Source of the DNA: Octopus vulgaris
Taxonomy: Eukaryota
DNA: 64,000 nt
Direction: 5' to 3'
NCBI GenBank assembly: GCA_951406725.2
Contig: OX597818.1
Span: 51,088,001-51,152,000 of the forward strand
Part shown: one piece after another, positions 12,113-23,566 of the stretch
How positions within the stretch are numbered: the stretch's first letter is position 1
How the letters are laid out: each line of letters opens with the position of its first letter
Position numbers and translations under genes: made by a program
Notes under the pieces: model-generated
What the model was told of the DNA's origin: nothing
The model's database searches: none
The model's input: the letters and a program-made list of their open reading frames with translations, nothing else

Positions 12113-12991
12113 CTGATCCATAAATCTCCGGACTGTTGCCATAGTAACGAAGCTAAAACATGCAGAGTAAAACCGCTTGGCACAGATTGACCTTGAACTC
12201 TGTTGTGCATGTGCGCTAAGTTTTAATGCTGTAGCTCACCTCTGTTTACAGCAGCGCTTGGAAGAAAGGTTTCTAGTGTGTGATCGTAACATTGACCAAG
12301 ACAGAGAAAGTTGTCATGACGATACTTGCTCAGAGCTCTAAGCAAAGTTGCAGAAAGTGTATGGAGAGGAGAGTATGAGCCGCACACAAGTGTACGAGTG
12401 TTTCGGACGTTTCCAAGTTGGCTGAAAAATGTCGATATTGATTAACGTTCTGGGAGACCCACAACCGGCAGAACTGAGAAAAAACATCACAGATATGCAT
12501 TCAGATGTGAGGGGAAATCGTCGAATGACCATCCGTGAGTTATCAGAGGATGTGCAGATTAGATACGGTTCAGTTCAGTCCATTATCTCTGAAGATTTGG
12601 GTATGAGACGTGTGTCTGCCAAACTCGTGCCAAAACTACTTTCAGCTAACCAAAAAGATACTCGGATTTCAGTTGCACAGGATCTCCTTGAATGTGTCGA
12701 GAACGATGAAAACTTTTCGAAAACTTTGCGCAGGTATCACCAAGCTTTTGGCTTGGTATCGGCAAGCTTTTGGCAAAAATTGATGTTGATTCTCTGCTCA
12801 AATTTCTCTGTCATGGTCATTGCAATGATCACACACTACACACCTTCCTTCCAAGCACTGTTGTAAACAGCGGAAGCGAGCTAGAACGTTAAAACCTAAT
12901 GCGCATGCTCAGTAGTGTTCAAGGTTAATCTGTGCGAATAGTACGTGCATTAGCTTCGTTGCTATGGCAACAGTCCAGATACGTATTGATT
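12113..12991 (+). mobile_element. Internally deleted mariner transposon
   Basis: ORF 12429-12866 has mariner HTH segment NRRMTIRELSEDVQIRYGSVQSIISEDLGMRRVSAKLVPKLL; long imperfect inverted ends (GGACTGTTGCCATAGTAACGAAGCTAA / TTAGCTTCGTTGCTATGGCAACAGTCC). Confidence 0.88.
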
Positions 12992-13251
12992 AGACCACGT
13001 ACATACATACACACACAATTGTGCATATACATGTATGTGTGTGTGTATGTATGTACATTTATGTCATATTGTTTATACACCTGTCTTCGTCTTTTGTTTT
13101 TCTGTAAATTTCAACTATATATATATACATACATACATACATACATGCATAAACATACATACATGCACACACTCATACATACGTACATATATAAGTACAC
13201 ACAAACATGTGCATATATATGTATATGTGTGTGTGCACAGTTATATCTCTG

Positions 13252-13314
<63 letters not shown>

Positions 13315-13604
13315 CATGCACACATATTAATGTTTGTTCTTATATCATGTTATATATAATAGCAATTTAACATTAAACTGAAGAATTACTCGATATTTCT
13401 TTGTAAAGTACGTTTATTCAACTTTTACAAGACGTGTGAAAGTAGCTTCGACGTTTCGGTTTGCTAGCCTTCAACACAGAGAGTGAGAAGGAGAGTGTGA
13501 ATGTGTGTGTGTGAGAGAGAGAGAGTGTATGTGAGAGAGAGAGAGAGAGAGAGAGAGAGCATGCGCGTGTGTGAGGTAGACAGATAGATAACTAGCTAGC
13601 TAAG

Positions 13605-13815
<211 letters not shown>

Positions 13816-15233
13816 ACGGATTAATGATTGGTTAGAGGAGAAAGATCAACGCTTATGATGTGTTTCAGGGTTTGAGGGTGAGAGAGAAGTTAATATTAGA
13901 ATGAAGGCCAAGTATGTGGACTTCTCTGAAGACCCAGAGGTCAAGAGGAGGAAGTTAACCTGAGCAGCGGATTAAGTCTGTCACTCGAAATTTAATCGTT
14001 GAAAGTAGATATATATTTTATCGATTATAATTTAATTCTTTTTCTAAACACATCATCTTAGAGCTGCCATTAATTATCTAATACCGAATAAAATTCTAAT
14101 AGTATATGGCGACATAAATCTTCTTCAACTTAGGCTTAGATGTGTAATTCTAAGTCCGATCATAAAGTCTGTGTTCTATTCTTCCGAGGTTGTGTCCTTG
14201 ATCAGCATATAAATACAAAATTTACAAAATTTCCCAAACACATCATCTTAGTGTAAGTTTTGAAATCTCATATTATTTTTTCTGAGAATTCAAAGAAGTG
14301 ACAAGGTAGAACAAACATATCTGGCTGTGTGGTTCAGTAGCTTGCTTACCAACCACATGGTGCTGGTTTAATCAGTCCCACTACATGGCACCTTGGGGAA
14401 GTGTCCAGTGTCTGACGGTTCCAGAAATTCGGCCAGTCTAGAAGATGCCTCGTCCAAGGCCTGACGTGGATTTGGTAGACGGAACCTGAAAGAAGTCCGT
14501 CGTATATATGTATATATATGTTTCTGTGTTTGTGTGTCTGTGTTTGTTCCCCCAACATCGCTTGACAACGAATAAATACTTCTTTGGCTTACAAAGAATA
14601 GGTCCTGGGGGTCGATTTGCTTCGGCCACTAAAGGCAGGATGTTCCAGCATGGCCGAGAGCAAAGTTTGTTTGGGAAATGACAACTGTGGTCACCAAGTA
14701 AAAGAGATTTTCATTTTCGTGGAGTTTTCATAATCTGTTACAGGAAAGAATTTCACACTTTGAACCTCTGTAATGAGAATCATATTTCCGTTTACAAGTT
14801 TGAAAATCACTTTAAGCAAACACGACTCCTATTAAAGAACTCAGTCTTAAAGCATGTTTATTTTAATGTAAAAAAATCTTGTGTCATTATATCGAGCCTC
14901 GATTTGGAAAAATCGAAGTTGCGTACGAAAATAGGTGGCTCATCAAAATCTTCAATCCAGACGAGTGATAAAACTGTTACAGAATAATGTAGGGAAGATG
15001 AACAACCTGAAGTACTGATTTCATAATCACAAATTTCGTTTGCATCTCCCTTACAAGATGCCAAAAACAGCAACTTATTAAGATGTAAGTTGTAAATGAC
15101 ATAATGAAATTAGGTTGTCGCCCAACATTAATTGTAACTATAGTACCAAGAGAATGTAGGTTATGAATACATACGTATAGAGTATAATTAATATACATAT
15201 ATTTTGTCGCGCTACGACAAATGTTATGATTTA

Positions 15234-15754
15234 CCGTAAATCCTCGAGTATAGCCCGCCCTTGGGTATAATACGCAGGGGATTTTTAGGGGGCTGTACCT
15301 CTGAAAAACCTAAACCTTGTGTATAATACGCACCCCTTCTCTAACTTGAGTCGTGCGTAATTAAGCCAGCAGCACCTAGTCAAACAAACACTTTCGCACA
15401 TGCGTAATACAATAATGGTGATGTTCTTAACTGTTATATGGGAATGTAAATATGCTTGCAAATTGTTTTTGTTACATGTTATTCTGTGTTCTGAATACTT
15501 TTATTTTAATAAATGTTGCTTACTGCAAGTTATGGATGATTCTTTTATGACTTCATTGCTTTCAGGCTTAGCTTAAGGTATTTTTGCGCCCGACATCACA
15601 AAATGCGTCTGAATAAACATTGCCGGACAGCAAATAGAGACTCGGACATTGCTTAGAAAATAATTATTAATTTTAACCTCGTGTATAATACGCACTAGGG
15701 ATTTTGACAGTTAAATTTTGGGGTTAAACGTGGATTATACTCGAGGATTTACAG
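15234..15754. mobile_element. pogo/Tc1-mariner-type MITE
   Basis: TIRs CCGTAAATCCTCGAGTATA / TATACTCGAGGATTTACAG, TA on both sides. Confidence 0.82.
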
Positions 15755-16014
15755 TATACTCAATATTTCTATGATATAAAGTTCATATTTTTAGAAGAAA
15801 AGAAGAATAGAGTTTTATATCACTGTTTAATGATACAGTAGAATGTATTTTCAACATAGATAAATTTCGTTTGCAATAGAAACTCTCTCGAAAGATTACG
15901 TCGATAAATGTTGTCAAACTGTATCATTCTTTTCTATATATTATTTTCCTTTTGCTTTCTGTTTTTATTTTCTACTTCGCTTTATTTAACTATCCTTCTC
16001 TTTCTCTTTCGCAG

Positions 16015-16193
16015 AGTTCAACAGCATGGTCAGCCGAATTGCTAATTTGACTAAACAAAATTTGGATTCTTTAAAGTTAGAAAGTGCGACGTGGGGAGAG
16101 CAATTCAAACAGGCTATGAACGTCAATGGAGGTGATATCGAAAACGCATCAAACACGGATTATGGCATGCACTTTCTGACATTTTTCTGGAAG
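16015..16193 (+). CDS. NCX: NCX exon, end of cytoplasmic loop and start of TM6
   Basis: Strong polypyrimidine tract and cag; EFNSMVSRIANL...TWGEQFKQAMNVNGGD...DYGMHFLTFFWK|gt. Confidence 0.95.
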
Positions 16194-17204
16194 GTACAAA
16201 TAAGTATACGAACAATACATGTCTCGTTTAAATGTCTTACTGAGTTTTGTGACTGAACAGAAAGCATGCTAGGGCACATAATTCAAGATTCGGTACCCAT
16301 TTATCGGATTTTATTTATTGAATGGTTACGTTCGTGTGAACTAGGTTCCTTTAAAGAATTATCTACCAATCTTTTTCATATTTAAAGGCCAAGAGATATT
16401 CACAACGATTTACACCGATTTACATACTCATACATACACACACACACACATACACACATACATACATACACACATACATACATACATACACACACATACA
16501 TACATACATACATACATACATACATACATACATACACACACACATACATACATACATACATACATACATACATACATACATACATACATACATACATACA
16601 TACATACATACCCTGTTGTTGATCTTGAAATTTCAATGAAGAAGTCTTGGATCTAGGTTAGAAACCGCCTCTTTCTCTGTTGGTAAGAAATCTTGAGATA
16701 AAACTGAATAGCGACATACAATAATTCTGTTTGTGGAAGTAGGACTATTCCTTGCATGTGCAGCTGTAGCTAACCTTGAATTTGTTGCATTAGCATAACA
16801 TTGGTCCTTATTGGTTTAAAGTGTGTTCCGATGAAGGTTAAAATATTTTGCTTCATGTATTTTTGAATTTAGAGAAAAGCTGGTTAAACCATGTGATGTT
16901 ACAGCTTTCTTCCTTATTGATAGATTTAGAGGGTTGGGTGTGAATTTAATCGAATCAGTGAATCCGCTTTCGTTTATGATGATATCAACCAGTACTTTTG
17001 ATAACCTAATTTTAGATTGACGCTATTGGCATTTATGAGCATTATTAATGTTTCAAATGGAACATTGAATTTAGATTCGAATAGATACCATACCAAATTT
17101 ATCATAAGCCAAACGAAAAGTAATATACATAAGTAAGAATTCCAACCACTACCCTTTCCCCATCAAAAAAGTCTCTCGCCTTTCTTCTGGGAAATTGTCT
17201 ATAA

Positions 17205-17575
17205 CAGGGCTGGCCAACCTGAGGCCCGCGGGCCGCATGCGGTCCGCAAACTTTTATCTTGCGGCCCGTAGACTTTTATCTTGCGGCTCGCTCGATACTT
17301 TCTTGAAATGGGTCGATTTTTAAAATTTTATCAAAAATTAAAGATTGTAATGAAAAGTAAAAAAGAAGGATATTACTGTTTTCACAACAGCAATATTTCA
17401 TGTTGAATCAATGATCATTCATTCATTGTTGTAATAATAGCAGGAGAAAGCAAAATACTTTCAATTCTATCAGCAGTGATTATTTAACTATTAGTGCACG
17501 AAGTAACCAAGCAACCCTCAAAAAACTTTCTTTGATTAAAGTGGCCTGTAATGTAATTCGAGTTAGCCAGGCCTG
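17205..17575. mobile_element. hAT (Charlie-like) MITE
   Basis: TIRs CAGGGCTGGCCAAC / GTTAGCCAGGCCTG; GCGGCCCGC-like subterminal repeats; degenerate 8-bp TSD GTCTATAA/GTATTTAA. Confidence 0.65.
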
Positions 17576-17933
17576 GTATTTAACTGAAAAATAATGAACT
17601 GAATTATAAAATTCACTCCCATAAGTATCAGCCTTCTGGAATTCTATTCTTGTTCCCATTTTCCCTACAAAAGTTGGCTTGCAGTTATTAAAGCCGAACA
17701 TCAACGGTATCAATCTTCCCACTCTTAAATTATTTGTGGTGATTATAAAGACACTGTTCCTCATACTTGTGGCCCCTCAGATACTCCTTCGTCAGCTCCT
17801 ACATTTTAGCATTTATAATAGATTCACAGAATTGCAGATTAAAGAATATGCATAGCAGTCCATAGTAAATTTGATACTTTTTTTAATTATTCAAGTCAAC
17901 TCCTGGCTATAACCATGAATGTTCTCGTTTCAG

Positions 17934-18263
17934 ATCGTATTTGCTTTTGTGCCACCGCCGTCGCTGTGTGGAGGCTGGTTAACGTTTGTCTTCTCGTTAG
18001 CTATGATCGGCGTTATAACAGCATTGATCAGTGACTTGGCCTCGATCTTCGGTTGTCTGATCGACTTAAACAAGAGTATAACGGCCATCACACTCGTTGC
18101 TCTAGGGACCAGTATGCCAGATACATTTGCCAGCAGACAAGCAGCCCTGCAAGAGAAATGGGCGGATAATGCAATTGGAAACATAAATGGAAGCAACGCA
18201 GTTAATGTGTTTCTGGGTCTTGGACTTCCTTGGTTTATTGCTTCCGTGTATCACTACAGCAAC
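17934..18263 (+). CDS. NCX: NCX exon with alpha-2 repeat
   Basis: IVFAFVPPP...GGWLTF...VALGTSMPDTFAS...ADNAIGNINGSNAVNVFLGLGLPW; cag|...|gtgagt; 330 nt, phase 0/0. Confidence 0.97.
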
Positions 18264-18359
18264 GTGAGTGGAATTCTTTTCTAGATTCTTTTTTTCTGTA
18301 CATTAACTTTTAGAAGTGGTGGATTAGCAAAGCGTCGGACAGAATGCTCTTTTTAGCAT

Positions 18360-19165
18360 TTAAGCTGGCAGAATCGTTAGCACGGCGGGCGAAATGCTTA
18401 GCGGTATTTCGTCTGCCGCTACGTTCTGAGTTCAAATTCCCCCGAGGTCGACTTTGCCTTTCATCCTTTCGGGGTCGATTAAATAAGTACCAGTTACGCA
18501 CTGGGGTCGATGTAATCGACTTAATCCCTTTGTCTGACATTGTTTGTCCCCTCTATGTTTAGCCCCTTGTGGGTAGTAAAGAAATAGGTATTTCGTCCGC
18601 CGCTACGTTCTGAGTTCAAATTCCCCCGAGGTCGACTTTGCCTTTCATCCTTTCGGGGTCGATTAAATAAGTACCAGTTACGCACTGGGGTCGATATAAT
18701 CGACTTAATCCGTTTGTCTGTCCTTGTTTGTCCTCTCTGTGTTTAGCCCCTTGTGGGCAGTAAAGAAATAGCTATTTCGTCTGTCTTTACATTCTGAGTT
18801 CAAATTCCGCCGAGGTCGACTTAGCCTTTCATCCTTTCGGGGTCGATTAAATAAGTACCAGTTACGTTTGCCTGTCCTTGTTTGTCCCCTCTGTGTTTAG
18901 CCCCTTGTGGGTGGTAAAGAAATAGAAATAGATATTTCGTCTGCCGTTACGTTCTGAGTTCAAATTCTGCCGAGGTCGACTTTGCCTTTCATCCTTTCGG
19001 GGTCGATTAAATAAGTACCTGTTACGCACTGGGGTCGATATAATCGACTTAATCCGTTTGTGTGTCCTTGTTTGTCCCGTCTATGTTTAGCCCCTTGTGG
19101 GTAGTAAAAAAATAGGTATTTCGTCCGCCGCTATGTTTAGCTCCTTGTGGACAATAAAGAAATAA
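18360..19165 (+). mobile_element. SINE family B, head-to-tail multimer (~4 units)
   Basis: One head (GCTGGCAGAATCGTTAGCAC) followed by repeated ~180-bp bodies GTATTTCGTC...AAGAAATA; other family B copies at 20496-20727, 22357-22557, 23596-23820, 25497-25708, 26879-27090, 63343-63526. Confidence 0.85.
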
Positions 19166-20759
19166 GTTGCAGTTCTTTACATTCCGAGTTCAAATCCCAT
19201 TAAGGTTAACTTTGACAGTCATCCACTTGGATCGATAAAATAAAACACCAGTCAAGTACTCTGTGGCCTTGCGACAATGATAACATTAGACACATTAATC
19301 TTTGTGATTTATGTCTGTTTCTCCTCTTTTCTGTCTCAAACGGGTACAAATATTGTCAAATCATTGTGCGCGCACGCGTGTTTGTGTGTACCACAGGATA
19401 TCACTTGGATAACCTTCAGCAACTTCACAGGTTCATTTCTTGTTTGTGAACTTTGCGATATGTCCAGCCCAGTGGGACTTGTGCTTTCGATATTTAAGCT
19501 GGCAGAAACGTTAGCACGCCGGGCGAAATGCTTAGCGGTATTTCGTCTGCCGCTACGTTCTGCGACCACATCGTTCACTCCGCACTGTTCTCGAATTACA
19601 TTATTTCGGATGTGCTCTCTCAAAGGGCCATTCCAATGGCCCTTTACGTCGGCATTCTTCCCTCTTCGTACTAACCCCCGTCTCACTTGTTTATATGTTC
19701 GTGTATATACAATAGACTTGCCTTTCATATATTAGCGAATGATAATGAAGTTCGGTCCGCAATCAATGAGGTCTCAGGTCCCAATACACCAGACAGCACC
19801 TCAGGCAAGAGCATTTTTACCAAACCCTCAGCTCTACTCAAACCTTATGAGTGAGGCCGGACTATACCTGTGCCTGTAATTCGAGCCCGAGTTTTCTCAC
19901 AGATTCTGCCCGGTTACTATATCTCCAGGACAAGTTTCTGTGGGATATTCAACCACTGAGACTATATATCTGTTTCAAATTTTGGCACAAGCTCAGTATA
20001 GTTTGTAGGAGTGGGGGTAATTGATTACATCAACCTCAGTTCTTTCTGATGCTTTCTTTTATCGACTCCAAAAGGACCAAAAGCAAAACTGACCTCAGCA
20101 ACATTTGAACTCAGAATGTAAAGAACCGGAAGAAATACTGCTAAGCATTTTGTTCGACGCGCAAACGACTCTGCCACTATAATACAATGGGAAAGTACGA
20201 TGGGGTTCTGAAAGTTTCTGGCTTTAAGGGTGTCACGAAAGGCTTGGTTGGAGGCCCGACCTTCCGAGGTTTTACAGAGCTTAGAAAAACTGAAGGGCTG
20301 CTGCAATAGCTGTGTCAATCTGAGAAAGTGTTGAATAAAATCATAATTAACTGATCGTCCTGTATTTTCTTTTACCCAAAGCCAGGAACTTTTCAGCAAC
20401 TCCTCGTAGTTATGTTGATCCAACCACTGGGAACTTATTATCGCAACCAGCGAAGGAATCATTCACATTGTTTATACATAAATGATTAATTATAAAAGGC
20501 GGCGAGCTGGCAGAAACGTTAGCACGTCGGGCGAAATGCGTAGCCGTATTTCGTCTGTCGTTACGTTCTGAGTTCAAATTCCGCCGAGGTCGACTTTGCC
20601 TTTCATCCATTCGGGGTCGATAAATAAAGTACCAGTTTCCAACTGGGGTCGATGTAATCGACTTAATTCCTTTGTCTGTCCTTGTTTGTCCCCTCTATGT
20701 TTAGCCCCTTGTGGGTAGTAAAGAAATATATTAATTATAAATGAGAAAATAAAGATCAA

Positions 20760-21095
20760 CAAAACAATTGAAGCGTGGAAGGTATTTATAAGCCATTTAA
20801 GAAACACACAAAAACCGTTAGATTCACTTCAACATTTAAATTTAATTTGTCAAAATATTTTCGTCGCTTTGAGACCGCGACCTGTTCACTGACAAAATTC
20901 TGTGCTACATCTCAGTGAAGAGGTCGCGGTCTCAAAACGACGAAAATATTTTGACAAATTAAATTTAAACGTTGAAGTGAATCTAACGGTTTTTGTGTGT
21001 TTCTTAAATGGCTTATAAACACCTTCCACGCTGCAATTGTTTTCGTTCCAGCACACGATCTCAGATCAAGTCACTCGCTATGCAAGTACATCTCC
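20760..21095. mobile_element. Fold-back insertion (Penelope-like inverted terminal repeat) with 12-bp TSD
   Basis: Arms 20761-20892 and 20912-21043; AATAAAGATCAA at 20748-20759 and 21096-21107. Confidence 0.75.
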
Positions 21096-21141
21096 AATAA
21101 AGATCAAGTTTTAGTTCTAATTTTCCCATTCTGTTTTTCAG

Positions 21142-21390
21142 GGTACCAAATTCAATTTCCAAGGCAAAACTGAAAGTCTGGCATTCACCGTTGTACTGTA
21201 TACCGTCTTCTCCGCACTGACGATGTCTCTACTCGTTTTGCGCCGTCTGCATCCGGTATTTGGCAAAGCAGAACTCGGCGGCCCAAATTTAACAAAATAT
21301 ATCACAGCATGTTGTACATTCCTTATGTGGATTCTTTATCTCTTGTTCTCCATCTTGCAAATCTCCGGAGTCATTACTGTCAGCATATAA
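21142..21390 (+). CDS. NCX: NCX terminal coding exon (last TMs, stop)
   Basis: ttttcag| GTKFNFQGKTESLAFTVVLYTVFS...LRRLHPVFGKAELGGP...LMWILYLLFSILQISGVITVSI*; RR...ELGGP and W..Y motifs of the NCX C-terminus; not in ORF track. Confidence 0.93.
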   Translation, partial: GTKFNFQGKTESLAFTVVLYTVFSALTMSLLVLRRLHPVFGKAELGGPNLTKYITACCTFLMWILYLLFSILQISGVITVSI

Positions 21391-21878
21391 ACTCTCAGAA
21401 ATATTCTCATCTACTCAGTTGACCATATTCTTCCAAGTAACTTTCCACTTAAAGGGACATAATATGTTCAAAATGCACTTTTGTATGCATAACGTAGGGC
21501 TGTATGTAAGCATATATGTGTTTATTTATTAATGTACATACATACGAAACTATGTATGTATGTATGTATGTATGTATGTATGTATGTATGTATGTATGTA
21601 TGTATGTATGTATGTATGTATGTATGTATGTATGTATGTATGTATGTAGGTTTAAAATCTAAGTCGTGTCCTCTTGAAATACATTTGCTAATTCCTGTAC
21701 TCCAAAATTGTATGTAGAAGTTATATTTGTGTGAGATATGCGTAAGAGTTGAAAAATATTGGGAAAAATTTACACGTGTTCCGTTTACTATTAGGAGTTA
21801 CAAAATTGTACATATAGGCATCTCACATTGGAAACTTCTTCAGACAGAGAATCAAACAATACATTTTTATGATTTGAT

Positions 21879-21979
21879 TCTCTGTCTGAAGAATTCCTAA
21901 TAGGAGATATCTTACATGTTTCTCCTACATGTACAATTTTGTAACTCCTATTAGCAAATGAAACATATGTAATGGTAGA
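21879..21979 (+). ncRNA. Type I hammerhead ribozyme motif in putative NCX 3' UTR/downstream region
   Basis: CTGAAGA 21886-21892; stem II CTAATAGGAG/CTCCTATTAG; GAAAC-ATAT-GTA 21960-21971; weak stem I. Confidence 0.6.
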
Positions 21980-22302
21980 TAAATAATACCAAATTTTTTT
22001 TCGAATCTCTCTCTATGTGTGTGTATGTGTATGTATATCTATATATGTATGTATGTATTTTTGTACGCATATAATTATGCATGTATGTTTGTTTTTTTTT
22101 TCAGAGTTATTTAAATTCTTCAAACTGGGCGTTTCATAAATAAATTCATAAGGCTACTTAGTTTGATTCAAGAGAGTTCCGTGAATTGTAAATAAGTGAA
22201 TGCTAGTTGATTTGTGCATGTACGTATGTATGTATGTATGATGGATGGATGGATGGATGGATAAGAATTTAGATTTAAAATTTTCCATCTTTGTTGTTGT
22301 TG

Positions 22303-22349
<47 letters not shown>

Positions 22350-23002
22350 GGATACTAAGGCGGCGAGCTGGCAGAATGGTTGGGGAGCTGGACGAAATGC
22401 TTAACGTTACGTTCTGAGTTCAAATTCTGCCGAGGTCGACTTTGTCTTTCATTCTTTCGGGGGTCGATAAAATGAGTACCAGTTGAAGACTGGGGTTGAT
22501 GTAATCGACTAATCCCGTCCCTCAATATTGCTGCCCTTGTGGCAAAATTTGAAACTGTTATTATTATAGGATACTTTAATTTAACAATATTTTCAAAATT
22601 ATTAACATAATTTCAAAGGTATACTTACAGTTTTAAATTATATTGCTTTCATAATAATTAGAAAAACGAACTTGTTTCCATAATTATTGTAAATAAGATT
22701 TAATATATAAATGCAATTTAAAATTGTTTTATAAAAATGTTGGGTTTTTTTTTTCATTATATGTTATGATACTTACATAATTATAACGCTTTAATAATTA
22801 TAATTCTAAATGGAAATATGATTTAAGGTTATATAATTTCATAATTACAACTTGTTTTATAATTATGATGTTCTTATAATTACCATATAAATAAAAATTT
22901 TCACATTTAAAATGAGAATTAGATGTATAATTTAAAATTGCTTTCATGCTGTAGCCTATTTTAATAATTATAACCTTTCCTAATAATATCATAATAATCA
23001 GA

Positions 23003-23041
<39 letters not shown>

Positions 23042-23566
23042 GAGTGAGAAAGCAGTGCATGCCATCAAAGTGGCACTGGGGTAAAATATACGAAACCCAG
23101 TATACCCATCATGACTACCCGTCAGATAAGGATACACTAGGCACATGCATCACAACCATATGTGCGCGACATGGTGATCTCATATCAAGATAAACAGCAC
23201 ATGATATTGCAGGTGGGGCCCAGATAGAATTTTCTTCTGGTCGAGTAGCCCATCCCGCTCAAAAGGTCCCTGAATAAGGGTTGTTTAAGGATATTGAACG
23301 AAACACCCATGTTTCCGGAGGAGAATTATTCAAACCCCAAAGAATCCCTCTCAACACAAGGCTATGATGCTCCCCCACTATTTCTGCTCGTGATCAGAGA
23401 TGCACATATCGTCAGCCACTAAGGGACATGCTCAACTGGTTAAGGTCAAACAACTGTGGTATTGAGCAGAATATTTGCTGTAGCCCACCTTTTATACCAA
23501 TGTACATGATGACACTTCCAATCAGTCAAGATCAGAAGCCACTGCCTGGTACTGCATCAGGGCATT
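23042..23566. mobile_element. Unclassified interspersed element inserted in (TAT)n
   Basis: GC-richer ~520-bp block bounded on both sides by (TAT)n, the pattern expected of microsatellite-targeting retroelements. Confidence 0.4.

Noticed and set aside
14858-15073. 71-aa minus-strand ORF in NCX intron
   Set aside because: No recognisable domain or clear splice sites
23375-23425. Minus-strand CTGACGA...GAAA
   Set aside because: Stem II does not pair adjacent to the core, and there is no stem I
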